From: Octopus sinensis
Taxonomy: Eukaryota
Assembly: GCF_006345805.1 (NCBI RefSeq)
Contig: NC_042997.1
Coordinates: 87,358,001-87,422,000 of the forward strand
Length of the DNA stretch: 64,000 nt
Direction: 5' to 3'
This document shows, one piece after another, positions 50,405 to 64,000 of the stretch; positions within the stretch are counted from its first letter, which is position 1; each line of letters starts with the position of its first letter. Under the pieces are notes generated by a model, which did not search any database, was not told where the DNA came from, and saw nothing but the letters and a program-made list of their open reading frames with translations. Made by a program: the position numbers and the translations under genes.

Positions 50405-50905
50405 AATCTCCCTCAAACCCTACCCTACCGTCCTATATATATACACACATTGATAATGCCTTTTCTTCAAATAAACTATTCCTGAACAGATAGAAAGATG
50501 TTGGATTAGCAGCTGATCTGGACTGTAAACAATAATACTACTACCACAGTACAAATAATAATTTCTGGCAAATATATGCAAGGTAAGATGAAATAGACAA
50601 CTGTCCCATTCCTGATTTTATTACGGTAAACGTGGCGTAAATTAAGTGAATACCAAGAGTCGAAACCGAATCGCACACTAGGTCAGCCGAAGCTTCTATT
50701 TCAGGCGATAAAAAAAATACGTCTAACCTTTACAGGATCACACAAAGTGATTCGCTTTTTTTTTTAAAGATTACCGTTTCTTCTTACAGTGAATAAAGCT
50801 GCTTTTGTAGTTTTATATTTTCAGTTGAATGAATACGTATCAAATAAAAAATATCAAAGTAATCCAAGAAATTACCTAAATAGAATGAAAAGAATACGCA
50901 CGTGT

Positions 50906-50918
50906 GTTGCCTAGCAAC
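50906..50918. promoter_or_regulatory. RFX X-box GTTGCCTAGCAAC, probable TTC29 promoter
   Basis: Canonical X-box with an adjacent CACGTG E-box (50899-50904), in a locally CpG-enriched non-repeat stretch. A minus-strand splice donor AG|GTAAT lies at 50876/50875. Confidence 0.65.
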
Positions 50919-53556
50919 TACATTTTGGACAATAACAATTAGTTCACTTTTCCGAGTTGTTAGTTTCGTATTTTATTCAAGCCACTTTTATTTTTAAACA
51001 AATGGTATATAAATATAATTACACTGCAGAAAAATCATTTTAACCATTTAAGAACACACAAAAGAATCTGTTATATTCTGAATAACAGGCGCAGGCATAG
51101 CTGTGAAGTAAGAAGTTTGCTTCCCAACTACATTGTTTTCGGTTCAGACCCGCTGTGTGATACCTTGAGCCACACAGTTTTCTACTATAGCTTCTGACTG
51201 ACCAGACCTTTGTGAGTGGATTTGACAGATAGAAACTGAGAGAAGTCCATCGTATATATGTATATGTGTGTTTGTGCGCGCGCACGCGTGTGTCTTTGTG
51301 TCAAAGTTTGTTCCCCCACCTCTGCCATTGCTTGACAACATGTGTTGGTGTGTTTATGCCTATGTAATTTACAGGTTTGGTAGAAGGGAAGAAATTATTA
51401 AATAAGTCCTGGGGAGTCGATAAGTTCGACCAAAAATTCTTCAAGGTGGTGTCCCAGCAGGGCTGCTGTCTAATAACGGAAACAAATAAAAGAGAAGCGT
51501 AGACTTGCCTTAGCAATCATCACAGAAAATGGACATTAAATGATGATGATTGCTATGGCAAATCTACACTTACAGTTTTCATCTCCAATCTGAAGTCCCC
51601 ATTGTGTGCAGAATATCAGTCTGGCGAAAGGTACTGGCAACGACCTCGTCTGCCAGATCAAGACTGGAGCCTGGTGCAGCCATCTGTTTTGCCAGCCCAC
51701 ACTCAAACCGTCCAACCCATGCTTGCATGGAAAGCGGACGTTAAACGATGATGATGATGATGAAAGCTGTCAAGAGATGTGCAAGCAAATGAATATCCTC
51801 TGTCAGCTTCTTAAAATATGTTGTATATATTGGTTCTCTGAACATTCATACATTAAAGTTTTGACATCTAGCAGTTAATTTGGTAGAAGCTCACAAAATT
51901 ATCCACCGTCTTTCCAACAACTTAGGCCACCGTTTTGGATTCAGTACAACTACCACTTGATGACATGCTTAAGCCAGCACAGCACCCGTGGCTTCTGGGA
52001 ACATATTTTACTCACTCAGAATTGTCAAAGCATGAAATAAATTATTAGCATCGGTGTTAGCTGATGCATACTTTATGACATTGATCCTTCCAAATTTTAA
52101 TGCTTCTCATATATTTATGCACATTTTCCTCTTTGTTCATTTTCTCATCTTATGTTTTTCCTTGTGTGTGCCATGCATGCACCTCTAGCTTTCACTGGTC
52201 TTTCTTTACTTGACTTATTGCTGCTTCCTGTCTTCTCTTTTAATCTTTTCTGACATGTTGCTGTGCACTTGAGCACTATATGCAATAAGCTTCTTCTTCT
52301 TATTATTATTTAAGGCAGCGAGCTGGCAGAGTCATTAGCATGCTGGACGAAATGCTTAGTGGTATTTTGCCCGTCACCAAGTTCTGAGTTCAAATTCCGC
52401 CATGGTAAACTTTGCCTTTCATCCTTTTGGGATCGATGAAATAAGTACCAGTTAAACACTAGGGTTGAGTGTAATTGACAAGTCCCCTCCCCACAAATTT
52501 CAAGCCTTGTGCCTTGTGTAGAAAGGATTATCATTATCATAATTATTATTAAGACTTGTACATGTATGATGAGAAGTAGTATTACCCTCTCTCATTCTAA
52601 CTTAATATTTTTGAGTCTAAGCAAATTATTGTTTTGTTTTTTTCCAGTTAAAGGCTAGTTTGTCTGAATTAAATAATTTTAATACATTGAGTAATCCATT
52701 GACCAGTTTTTTAAAAAAGTGTTATAAAGTAATTTCCACTGAGTTCTAATTCATTGCTATGCGCTTATTGCTTATATATATATTAAGCACTGGGGTATAT
52801 TCTAGTGATATTAGTTCTTGAAGACTGAAGACAGTCACTTCTAGATATTCCACAAAGTGACTGTTAAAACTTATTTGTTCTATATTGTGTACCATAATGT
52901 AATTTTGGCATAGGGAACTAGAAATATTGCTGACATAATCAGAAGTTTAAGTAAGGATTCTCTAGCTTTAGTTATTTTATTAAGGAGTTGGAAGATAGAA
53001 TGGGTAATTGAATGATGCTAAGTTCTTACATTAGATGGTTGAATATCTTATGACAAAGTTCATGCAACTACATATATATCATGGCAACAGACTATAAATT
53101 TTTAGTAATGGTGTATACGATTGTTTGAATTTTATGAAACTGAGATGGTAGAAGTAAAATGTTCTATTGCTTGGATGAAATTGAGTTTTCTTAATCCTAA
53201 AGGTGATAACAAATTTAGTCTTAATTACTTGTAACACATTTATTTGTCGCTTTGTTAACTTACACATTATAGACACAATCTTTGAAGGTAAGGTATACTC
53301 TTAAGTTCAAAGATATTAATTATTGGTACAAAGCAATTATAGATGACATATTTTTGTTGAAAAATTCATGAAGAAAACTAACGTAGGCACAGGCATGGCT
53401 GTGTGGTAAGAAGCTTGCTTCCCAACCATATGCTTCCTGGTTTAGTCCCACTACATGACACCTTGGGCAAGTGTCTTCTACTATAGCCTTGGTCTAACCA
53501 AAGTCTTGTGAGTGGATTTGGCAGATAGAAACTGAAAGAAGCCTGTTGTATGTATA

Positions 53557-53592
<36 letters not shown>

Positions 53593-55083
53593 CACACATT
53601 TGTTTGACTAAAACCCCTTAACATTCAAGCATGGCCACAGTCAAATTACTGAAACAAGAATAGATTATTAAACAAGTTCACTAGTAAGTAGAAAAATGGG
53701 ATACTGTAAAGCACATGGTACTTTTCGTGAAAAAGAAGCAGTTTAAATGCAACTCTTGAACTGAAACTTTTTATTTCTGACAATAAATAAGAATGAAGTG
53801 AAGTGTATTTTTTCTATTATGTAACTCACAGAGTTATATATTTAATAAAATTTTTCTTTAAATATTAAAACGATTATATTTTAAACGATTTCTTTTCACA
53901 AAATAATTTTGTATCACATGCTTCATGACATCTCAAAATGAATCTGCAAAGTTTAATTTCTTGGAAGGCTTCCTATGACAGACTTTGTCAAATGTATTCC
54001 CTACCAGTTACATACTATGGTCTAAAACCGGATTGTATCAAAGCTCAGTGTCTCAAAATGCAAAGATCAAAGGACAAAGATGAAATCCTTAGATTTTCCA
54101 CACTATTATACATTATGTAATTAACTTCATATGAAACCATAATGAAATTCATGTAGAAAAACTTTGTCACAAAGTTCATAAAAATTTCAACTGTTTAAGC
54201 AAACTCCAGTTCACATCTTGAGATTTTCTGTAATACATATGGTTGGAATAATTAGCAATGTTGTTATTCTTAATGAAATGGAATAATAAGGTTTATCTTA
54301 TTTTGACTACATGATGACAAGCTAAGTCATAATTGAATTTTGTTCATGATTCATCACAGCAAATTTACCTTACAAATTAGCTGAGTCTGTCTGAATACTA
54401 AGCAGTCAATTTTTTCTAGTTTCTACTTTCACACGAATACATTTACTTCACAAAACCCATTTTTCTTTAAACTGAGATCTTACATTTCTGAAAGGTCACT
54501 TTTGGCTTTGAATCACAAACTGCAGGAGTAGTCTCCCCTGTTACAAATTCAAAGTCATTTTCAGAAATGACATTTTCGACGTTTTCTTAAAAGCGAAAAG
54601 GCTGTCGTGTCATCTTGGTCACCATTGAATGAAATCTGTCACGTAGAAAGTAGTGATCATATGTATTTTATTCTCATACCGTGCCACATCCCATACTATG
54701 CCTTTCAATATTCTAGCATACTTAGTTGTAAGTAGATACGAAAACAAGCTAAAGCTCACCAATGGTATAAAAAAAAAAAATCACTGCAATGAACTAATGT
54801 TCTATCCAGGAAAAAAATAATTTTCAATTACTTAGCACAAAATTACAATCTGCAGTTTAAATAGAAAACAAATTCTTTAAAACTGCATCATTTCAAGCTA
54901 CATAGCCAAGTGGCATACAACTAGGGGAATCCTTCAATATATCAACAAGGTAAAATATAAACAAAAATGGTACAAGGAGAAAAAAAGTACTGTTTTTAGA
55001 TCACAGTAAATAATATAATGAAAAACAAAACAAAGTCAAGCTAGTTATTTTATTTATGTAATTTTTTTAAACAATTTTCATTT

Positions 55084-56052
55084 CTAAAAACTAATTGAAT
55101 AGGATTCTTCAGGTGCGTAAACAATATTTTGGTGTAACTGTAAACAATGGTAACATTTCTGCCAACTGTCAAAGTGATTGATGTCCTGAATCCAAGATTC
55201 TACATATGAAAGTGCCATTGAAGTAAGTGCTTCTGGCACAGAATAAGAGTAAATGCAATGAGTTATTGTTTCGTTACATTTGCATGATGATGTTTTTAGT
55301 TTCTCACCAGAAGACTGAAGACACATTAAAGGTAAGTTATTATGAGCTAAAGGTTTTTGTTCGTTTTTGATTATAGGTATTTCGGAGCTTTTCTCTTGTG
55401 AACTATGGCACTGCCGACATAGGAGATGGCAATTTAATTTGAAGACAGTAAGTGAATCAATAACTAAAGAATTACTATCATCTTCGTTTGATCTACTGAA
55501 CCAATAGACAATGGGATAACCCAAAAGTACCCCAACCAGTGTTGTAAGGTTGAGGGAAGCAGGAAATTGTACTTCACAAGTTTCTTTACTGTCACTGAAG
55601 GAAGCAATGATTTGTTGAAAAGTGATGGCAAAATGTTCGTCAACCTGGTTGATGTTTTCAAGCAATTTTGCCTGTGAATTACTTTTTGAAATATCTATAA
55701 TAGCTGTTCTTGTTCCTTGTGAAGTTTGTAACAAGTGGGACTGTAATATGGCTGTGTTACATAACAGCACATCCCCTTCAATGGCTAGGACAATGTAAGA
55801 ACATGGTTGAGATGATGTTGAAAGGAGCTGTTGTGTTTGGAGATCTTGAATCAAAGATATCACCTGCTTTGCTTTTACACAGCCATAGTCAAACAAGAAG
55901 CTAGGTTTGATTCCACAATCAACAGCCAATATATCACAAATAATTTGCTTGCTATAACGTCCTAATGTTTTTCCTAAATGGCTTATAATGCATTTTCTTC
56001 CTTCAGAGATGATTTTCAAGGGAATATTTTCTGCAGGAGTGTAAACATCATG
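55084..56052 (-). CDS. C1orf74: UPF0739 protein C1orf74-like, main coding exon
   Basis: Long ORF with DILAVDCGIKPSFLFDY, LNLTTLVGVLLGYPIVYWF and IYSYSVPEAL motifs typical of C1orf74/DUF4504. Acceptor tttttcag|CAT; no in-frame ATG near the start, so an upstream exon is needed. Confidence 0.85.
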   Translation of the reverse strand, partial: HDVYTPAENIPLKIISEGRKCIISHLGKTLGRYSKQIICDILAVDCGIKPSFLFDYGCVKAKQVISLIQDLQTQQLLSTSSQPCSYIVLAIEGDVLLCNTAILQSHLLQTSQGTRTAIIDISKSNSQAKLLENINQVDEHFAITFQQIIASFSDSKETCEVQFPASLNLTTLVGVLLGYPIVYWFSRSNEDDSNSLVIDSLTVFKLNCHLLCRQCHSSQEKSSEIPIIKNEQKPLAHNNLPLMCLQSSGEKLKTSSCKCNETITHCIYSYSVPEALTSMALSYVESWIQDINHFDSWQKCYHCLQLHQNIVYAPEESYSISF

Positions 56053-56907
56053 CTGAAAAATATGAGTGAACAATGATTATCAATTAAAACAAGAGGAATA
56101 AAGAGTGCTCAACAATGAAAGCTTTTAAAAATTAAATCATTTATCTGTAGTTTTATTTGATTGAATTATTATGAGTTACCCATTAGGAAAATTCATTTCT
56201 TTCACAATAAACAATTTCTCAAAGGTCTTCAATATTTCAGTGGTTAAATATTCTATGTGTATGACAGAATAGCACAACTCATAATACTGTAATCTCTTTT
56301 CCCCAAAATAATAGAAATTGAAATTTTAAACTACTTAAAAGTCAAACCAATTTCTTACCATAAGCTACATTTTAAAAGTTATATTCACTTGAATAACTAA
56401 GGTTAGAACTATACAACTTACTAAACAATTGGATCAAAGTAGCAAATATATATGGCATTCTCAACAAAGGGGAATTAAGCTGTTTATAACTATGAAACTA
56501 AAAGAGTCAATATTTCTTTATCCCATGTGGGATAATTTGAGTCAACTATTTGATAATTTCTAATTAAGTGTTCTTAGGTCCCAAATCATCTCTGATCCAG
56601 AAAATTTATAATTAATGGTATTCCAACAGTGACCATTGAATCTTATTTTTTTCAGACAGTGTACATGACCAGCCCTTATCCAATGTATTTTCTATTTTTT
56701 ACACAATAGGTTGTATTCACAGCCAGCTACATGCTTAGACAAGATTTATAAACTCTGATATACAGGAAACTGGTATTGCAAATGCCCATCACCATACAAA
56801 ACAAGAAAGAAAAAAAAAATTATAAAGGCAACATGTAGTCTGAGTGCCACCAGGTCTCACACCTAATACAGAGGCTCTCTTTCTCTCTCACTGGGTTAGC
56901 AAGTATA

Positions 56908-57644
56908 CATGCAGTTCAGCACCAAGTCAGCACTGATTGTGCAATTATAACCAAAGGAGTACCAGTTGTGCCTAGTCTGTCTTTTCTTTAGAGATAGTGT
57001 GTCCTTCCAATTTTATGACAGTACAATGTTAAGAGATTCGTTAGCTATATACTATGTCACCTTATGTTTATGGTTTCATATTTCGAATGATGATCAACGT
57101 GCTTCATTATAATTTTCCATAACCCTTAAACAATGGTATGGGCCCTTATTAATCTTCATTAAAATTATCTAACAAAATATGGTGATATACTTTAATTTTT
57201 GTACAATTTAGATGGCCATTTTATTTCATTTACATATCGTTACTTGAAACATGAAGTTTTAATATTAACTAGGAACATGTAGTCTCTTATTTCATATTTA
57301 TTGTGTAACAGAATAAACATTTGCTACAGGTTTCTGATAGACGAAACAGAAGTTAATTACATTTATGATGATGAGAGTGACGAGGGAATGCCTGTAACTC
57401 AATGCAGAATAAATATGTCAAGGGACTTTCTTCATAAAACACCAGTTATATGTGTTTTATAATGAAGTACATTGATCATCATTTGAAATATGAAACTATA
57501 TAGTGACATAGTAAACAGCTAACAAATCTCTCAACATTGTACTGTCATAAAATTGAAACGACACACTATCTCTAAAGAAAAAACAGACTAGGCACAACTG
57601 GTACTCCTTTGGTCACAGTTGCACAATCAGTGCTGAACTGCATG
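56908..57644. repeat. Long inverted repeat (about 190-200 bp arms, about 345 bp spacer) in the C1orf74-like intron
   Basis: 56908-57112 is a close reverse complement of 57457-57644. Confidence 0.9.
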
Positions 57645-59343
57645 AAAATTGGCAATGTTTACATCTTTCACTGGCATACAAAAAAACCATATATCCACAT
57701 GATGAGTTTCTACACAGTTTCCACCTTCTAAATTTCATGTACAAAATATTGGTCAAACTGTAGTCATGACAGAAGGCAATTGCCCAGTGCACTGCAGTGT
57801 ATGATCAAACTTGGAACTGTGTGTTTGCAAAATGAACTTAACTTCTATCTTACATCAGCCCAAATTGAGCAAACCAGTGATTGAATACATTCTCATTGCA
57901 ATCATCACAAATTTATTCAGATACAGACCACATTCCCAACAAATCCTTCCCTAAAACCTCTGAACTACAGTTACGTATGAGGTCTGGTAACTAAGAAGTT
58001 GTTATTGTATTGTTCCAGGACAACCCTAACCGAACAAAAATATTTCAGCTATGGCTAACCAATCTTTGATTTCAGACCTTGTTCACTTTCCATCTTTTTA
58101 AGATGATAAAAAGTGATTTGAAAGAGATTTGGTTGCTTACTATTTCCAGCAAGTCGAACAATCACATATGAACTTCCTCGTTAGGATTGTGCTAACTAGG
58201 GAGTAAAATTAAGTAATGAGAAGGTACACGCTAAAAGCTAGCTTCTCTTATTTACATCTTGATAGACAAATTAAAAAATTTGCGTGTGTGTAGAGTGAGG
58301 GATTTAAACTGAATGTTTACTGAAGTTGTAAAACGAAAACCAGTACCTCTAAATTTTTAAACCTTAAGGTATTTTGCTCTACCTAAATCTCCTTGAAATC
58401 ACATCCTGCTGTCTTAAATATATATATATATATATATATATATAAAGGAACGATACATGGTTACAATGGATGCTAATACATGTTCGCAACCCACCGTTAG
58501 TCTATTTATTGTCAGATAATACTAAGATACAAAATAGCCTGTCAGGGTGATCGTAGCTACAGTGTCTTTGAATATAAGTTTAGTCCATCAAAGCTGACCT
58601 AGAGCTAAAGACCTAGTCAAATCAAGAAAACAGAGACAGGGCTGCTCGAAATAGTAGAAATAGCACCCAAATCTCCTTCAAACCACGTTACCATTAGACA
58701 ACAGGCCACTGTTGAGTATAAAAAGACAACTTTCACTTTGTCAAACAGTAGTTAGTACCAGTTTGTTTGCATGCCGGCAAATTTTTGTACTGTTATTACA
58801 GAAAAAAATTCAACAACAAAAATTAATTTAACAATAACAACAATTCTGGTGGACTTTCGAAATAACTCACGGGTAAAATGTAGTTTCATTTCACTTTCTC
58901 TTTTTTTTTTTTAGTAAGTATTATTCGTTATTTTATGTTATCCCATATAGTGAAACTTGTAATTCGTATGTTTTAAAAACAAAACATCTTTGACAAGCTG
59001 GCAGCAGCATAGCGAACGTAAGAATAAAAAATTCTTCTGCGGCCACTAAAGCTGATACTAGTTACAGTGTGGCAAAGTGAAAGTGGTACGTTATACACAA
59101 GGATGGTCAAATAATTCTTTATACATAAATAAATAACATTATCTCGGCTGAGGCATTTTTAAACATAGCTTTGCTCCATCAGGGATGATATGGGGTTAAA
59201 CAACAACCATAGTCAACTGAACGATTGAGTACTTGGTGTCATAGACGTCTTTAATAAAAACACAATAAATTAATTAATAGATGGAATTATATAATAGTAA
59301 AATAGAATTTAAAATGTCAAAGTAAACAGAAAAAAAAACGTAC

Positions 59344-59385
59344 CGAAGGTGGTATTTTGAAGATTTGTAGTGAGCACATAGACAT
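59344..59385 (-). CDS. C1orf74: Predicted first coding exon of the C1orf74-like gene (MSMCSLQIFKIPPS)
   Basis: ATG plus 13 codons, then CG|GTACGT donor in phase 0. Splices in frame to 56052, giving 336 aa. Confidence 0.55.
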
Positions 59386-60284
59386 TTGTTCTGGTGGAGT
59401 AACTTTTTTTCAGTGGAGATCACTAGAGGGAAGTAACTATGATTGTATTAAACAAAGTTCTCTCACCCCAAAGTAAAAAACGTGCTAGGTTTTATTATTA
59501 TGGAAAATAACTTACCTAAAAGCAAAAGAATATTAAAATAACCATTTGTAGTAAATATTCATAACGATACCCTTTACATTTGTGGGAAAAACTAATCTCC
59601 AGGTTTTGTGGGATTTGTGCTTACTTAATATTGGTACTCTGATAAACTACGTCTTTAATTAGGAAGTATCTCTGATTTTTGCACACGCTGACTGTAATTT
59701 CTATCTATCAGCGGGCCACTGAACAAAAACAGTCATTGAAGCCAATGAATACAATCTTGTGCTGCTCTATTTCTAGCCTTCAGTAGTATGCAATTCAAAT
59801 TGAGTCGCCAAATCATTCGACCACCCAATCACTGATAATCCCCCTGGGCAATATTTCATTAACAACATAGTACAAACTACACCTCAAAACTAGACAGAAA
59901 GTTCTTCTGCCCTCAACAAATGCTGTTGGCTCCACAAAACCGGAGTGGGGTCATAATGGAATGTTGCCACTCTCTGCTGCTTCTGAACACACGAACTTTC
60001 TTCCTTTGAAAAACTGCTACTGTTGTGTAACCCTAAATTGGATGCCTTGTTCAAAGAAAAATGAGTGTTACTAGGGAAACACACAAGAAAGTCATTTACG
60101 AACACACCGCACTTACACCAACACATTTTCATATACGAACAATCTGTTGCTAGGATGTTGACACCCCTACAAAAAAATAATTCAGTTTTATTCTTGTAAC
60201 CGAGTCGGGTTATAAACCAAAATATTTTGTTTTGGAAATAGCCAAATGTTTTTTTTTTTCTCTTGCACATGCGCACTAATTTTG

Positions 60285-63200
60285 AATACGCCCCGTGGAC
60301 ACAACACAGCTATCTGTTACATCTGACAGTACGGTCGCACGCCATTTTACAAACTTTTGCCCAGTAATTGACATCTTTCTGTTACAAATCTTGTTTCACG
60401 GGTGATGTGAAAGTGTGGTTCGCACAGATCGAATCGACGTTTGCTGCGAACAATATTGCCTCTGAAGCCCAACAGCTCCATATATTGCTTGGCGCAATAC
60501 CACCGTCCCTGAGAGCCACCGTGGTGTACCTGATAACTGAACCCCCACATGATGTCACGTATAGGAGCATTAAGCAGGAGATTCTTCGACGCATGTCCTT
60601 GTCGGAAGAAAGAAAATTTCAAACCGTCGTCAATGACGAGCACTTGGGCAACCGCAAACCCTCGCAACTTCTGCGCTGCATGAAGGAATTGGCCCAAAAT
60701 GCACCTGCTGATAGTGCTTTATTGAAACAACTATTTTTTTTCGGTTGCCCTCTAACATCCAAACCATCCTAGCCTCTATGGTAGAGACGACTCCCGTCGA
60801 GCAAATAGCCTCCACCACCGACAAAATCATAGAGTATACCGGCAACACCACCAAGCCGATCCCAGTACCACCGGATACCTCTGCACGCCCACTAGTAGCA
60901 TCAGTTTCAACTGATAAGGACCTTGCTTCGGCTGCTATCCTAAAGGTGTTAGCTGAATCAACGAGAGAAGTGCAGCTCCTTCGCACTTCCAGCGCATGTT
61001 CACCCAGGCGGCGTTCTTTCGATCGTTCCTTCTAGCCTCGCTGTCGCTCATCCTCTGTTCATTCATCCATATTCTGGTACCATGCCAAGTTTGGAGCTTT
61101 AGTGCGTAAATATACCCAACCTTGTACTTTTCCTCAACAGGAAAACAATCAACCAGAGAACTGAGCACGTCACATTCTGTGCAGCAGCCAGCGGCCAACC
61201 GTGCATTTTTCATAACAGACCAAATATCCCACGCCCGCTGCCTCATAGATCCAGGTGCTGCCTAGAGTATCTGGTCGTTAAAACTCTTTGCGGATAAACC
61301 GCTGTTATCACCAGTGATTCTACAGGCAGTGAACCATTCAACCGATCCCAACTTTCGACCAAATATCTCGTTCGTTGGATTTAGATCTGCGTCGTGACTT
61401 CAAGTGGATTTTTACAGTCGCAGATCTCTCTTACCCAATATTAGGTGCGGACTTTTTGCACTGCTTCTACCTGCTTGTGGACATGCGCACTCAGCGCTTA
61501 TGGGATGCAACCACAGAACTGTCTACCCAAGTAATAGGCCACTAACCTCTACGGTTAGTCCAGTCTTTTTCATCGCTACCACGGACGACTCATACTAATG
61601 ACTCTTAAACTCATATCTGGAACTGACTAATCTAAATATTTTTACTGCTGCTCCAACGCACACCACATCCATTTCATCAAAACTAAAGGCGTTCCAGTTT
61701 TTTTCTCACCCTCATCCTCTCTTCTCTGAGAAGCTAAAGGTGGCCAAGGCAGAATTTAACAACATGCTCCGGTTGGGCATCATCCACCCCTCTAATAGTC
61801 CATGGGCATTGCCCTTGCACATGGTTCCAAAGCATTCCGGGGACTGGTGACTACAGAGATTAAACTCCATCACGGCGCCAGAGAGGTACTCAATACCCCA
61901 CATCCAGGATTTTTTGTTATCTCTCCACAACTGTAGAGTATTCACCAAACTCGACCTGGTTAAGGCATACCATCAGATTTCTGTGAGCCCATTCCAAAGA
62001 CTGCCATAACTACTCCTTTTGGAGCCTTCGAATTCCTAACTATGCCATTTGGTTTACGTAATTCAGCCAGCACATTTCAAAGGTTCATAGATGCCATCTT
62101 GATAGCTAGCGCCTCACCCGAGGAACATCTCCATCATGTACGTCAGCTGTTCGAGCGGTTCAAGACTTACCAAGTGCGGATCAACCCTACCAAATGTGTT
62201 TTCAGCGCATCTTCTTTGACTTTGCTAGGTCATGTCATCAGCCCCAAAGGGATATCGCCACTGCCTGACAAGGTGAAGGCATTGGAATAATTACCTTCAC
62301 CTACCTCATTACGTCAGCTCCGACATTTCTTGGGACTATTCAACTTATATCGGCGCTTTGTTCCTCATTCAGCTGAAATCCTATATCTGCTAAACAAGCT
62401 CCTTTGGAATGGGAAAAAGAAGAGTGAGCCGATAGTATTGGACTCTACCCAACTTGACCCCTTCAACACAGCAAAGCAGCAACTCGCCCAATCATCGCTT
62501 CTTGTGCACCCTGTCGTGGACGCTCAGCTATCCCTTGTAGTAGATGCATCCAACACTGCCATAGGTGCGGTATTACAACAATTTCATCAACAAGAACTCC
62601 AGCCTCTTGCCTTTTTCTCCCGGCAGCTTAAATCAGCACTTTCAGACGGGAGCTGTTAACTATGTATTTAGATGGCAGACATTTTCGGCACACACTCGAG
62701 GGACGCCAATTCACGATTTTTACGGCCCATCGTCCACACACCTTTGCCCTGCACTCGAAGCCTGACAAGTACTCTCCACAGGAAACCAGGCACTTGGATT
62801 TCATTTCCCAATTTACCGCCGACATCTGCCATATCTCTGGTGTAGATAACACTGCAGCAGACGCCTTATCGCACCTATCACTGAATTCGCTGTGGTCATC
62901 CACAGACATCGACCTGCATCTCCTGGCTTAGAACAATTGATATATCCTCATCCCCCTTTGCCACATGCAACTTCAAGTACTTCCCAGTACCCACAAATGA
63001 CGCACAGGCTATGTGCGATACTTCCACGAATTCTCCTCGTCCTTTTGTTCGGAAAACCCACAGACAAACAGTCTTCAGCACACGGCATAACCTGTCACAC
63101 TCTGGCGTCATCGCCACAGTGAAACTCATTTCTGTTAGATTCTTTTGGCTAAATATGAGACGAGATATCACTGCTTGGTCACGCTCCTGCTTTTTCTGTA

Positions 63201-64000
63201 AGAAATCAAAGGTGTATAGGCACATCTGTGCACCCCTTGGCACATTAAACACACCAGATGTGCGTTTCAACCACGTACACATCGACCTTGTTGGACCTTG
63301 GCCAGTCAGCCAGGGATATACCTACCTGCTCACTTGCATTGATCGTTTCACACGTTGGCCGGAAGCTTTTCCTTTAGTAGATATCACTGCAGAATCTGTT
63401 GTCAAAGTTTTTCTCAAAGGATGGATATCATGGTACGGAGTTCCTACCACCAACACTACCAACCGTGAAAAATAGTTTGAATCGCAACTCTTCCATGAGC
63501 TCACGAAGACCATAGATTCACGTCGGATTCAAACCACCAGTTACCATCCATAATCCAACGGTATGGTGGAACGATTCCACCGTCAAATGAAAGCTTCTTT
63601 TCGTGCTTACCCAGACTAACAGCGTTGGAGTGAATGTCTTCCAATAGTCCCTCTTGGCCGTCGAGCCTCGATAAAGGAAGATCTCGGTTATTCCCCAGCA
63701 GAGCTTGTTTATGGAACACCTCTTTCGTTTCCAGGCCAGAAGTTGGTCGGAGTGGATCTGTCCACACAAGACCCCACTATGTACACACAAAGACTTCGCA
63801 GATACATGCAAGAACAGCTACCCATGTCAACACGACACCAAACGACTAAATCATCAGTTCCAAAAGACATTGAGTCTTGGACCCATGTGTTTGTACGAAA
63901 CGACGCTGTGAAAACCCCTCTCACACCTTCATACACGGGACGCTATCGCATCCAGTCGCACACGGACAAACTATATATCATATATATTAACGGTAAAAAA
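60285..64000 (+). mobile_element. Ty3/Gypsy LTR retrotransposon internal region, degenerate, runs off the window end
   Basis: Gag (VWFAQIESTF, LGNRKPSQLLR), protease (LIDPGA), RT (SPWALPLHMVPK, LDLVKAYHQI, MPFGLRNSASTFQRFID), RNase H (VDASNTAIGAVLQQ), integrase (HIDLVGP, IDRFTRWPEA, NGMVERFHRQMK) and GPY/F-like PSYTGRY. Many stops and frameshifts. Confidence 0.95.

Noticed and set aside
59890-60276. 128-aa minus ORF, or 5' LTR of the Gypsy element
   Set aside because: No recognisable domain; no TG...CA LTR boundary or clear PBS can be confirmed without the 3' LTR, which is outside the window.
60347-63936. Minus-strand ORFs over the Gypsy element
   Set aside because: Antisense shadows of gag-pol.

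Overview
AT-rich, microsatellite- and SINE-dense animal genomic DNA. The repeat families look like those of Octopus (coleoid cephalopod); this is an inference. I could reconstruct two minus-strand protein-coding genes by hand. The first is a complete 8-coding-exon TTC29 orthologue (join of 42209..18451, 455 aa, all GT-AG, phases consistent) with a candidate RFX X-box promoter about 8.7 kb upstream. The second is a C1orf74/UPF0739-like gene (59385..59344 + 56052..55084). TTC29 introns hold an intron-containing tRNA-Tyr(GTA), a decayed intron-containing elongator tRNA-Met(CAT) copy and a decayed Chapaev3-type transposon. The window starts with a broken Tc1 element and ends inside a degenerate Gypsy retrotransposon. 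Many tRNA-derived SINEs, RTE/CR1 fragments and MITEs (mariner, piggyBac-like, hAT-like) fill the rest. A possible unidentified plus-strand spliced transcription unit lies at about 7.3-16.2 kb. Several long inverted repeats and palindromes are candidate dsRNA/ADAR substrates. Most ORFs in the supplied track are microsatellite or SINE noise. I found no convincing evidence of a wholly new multi-gene system.
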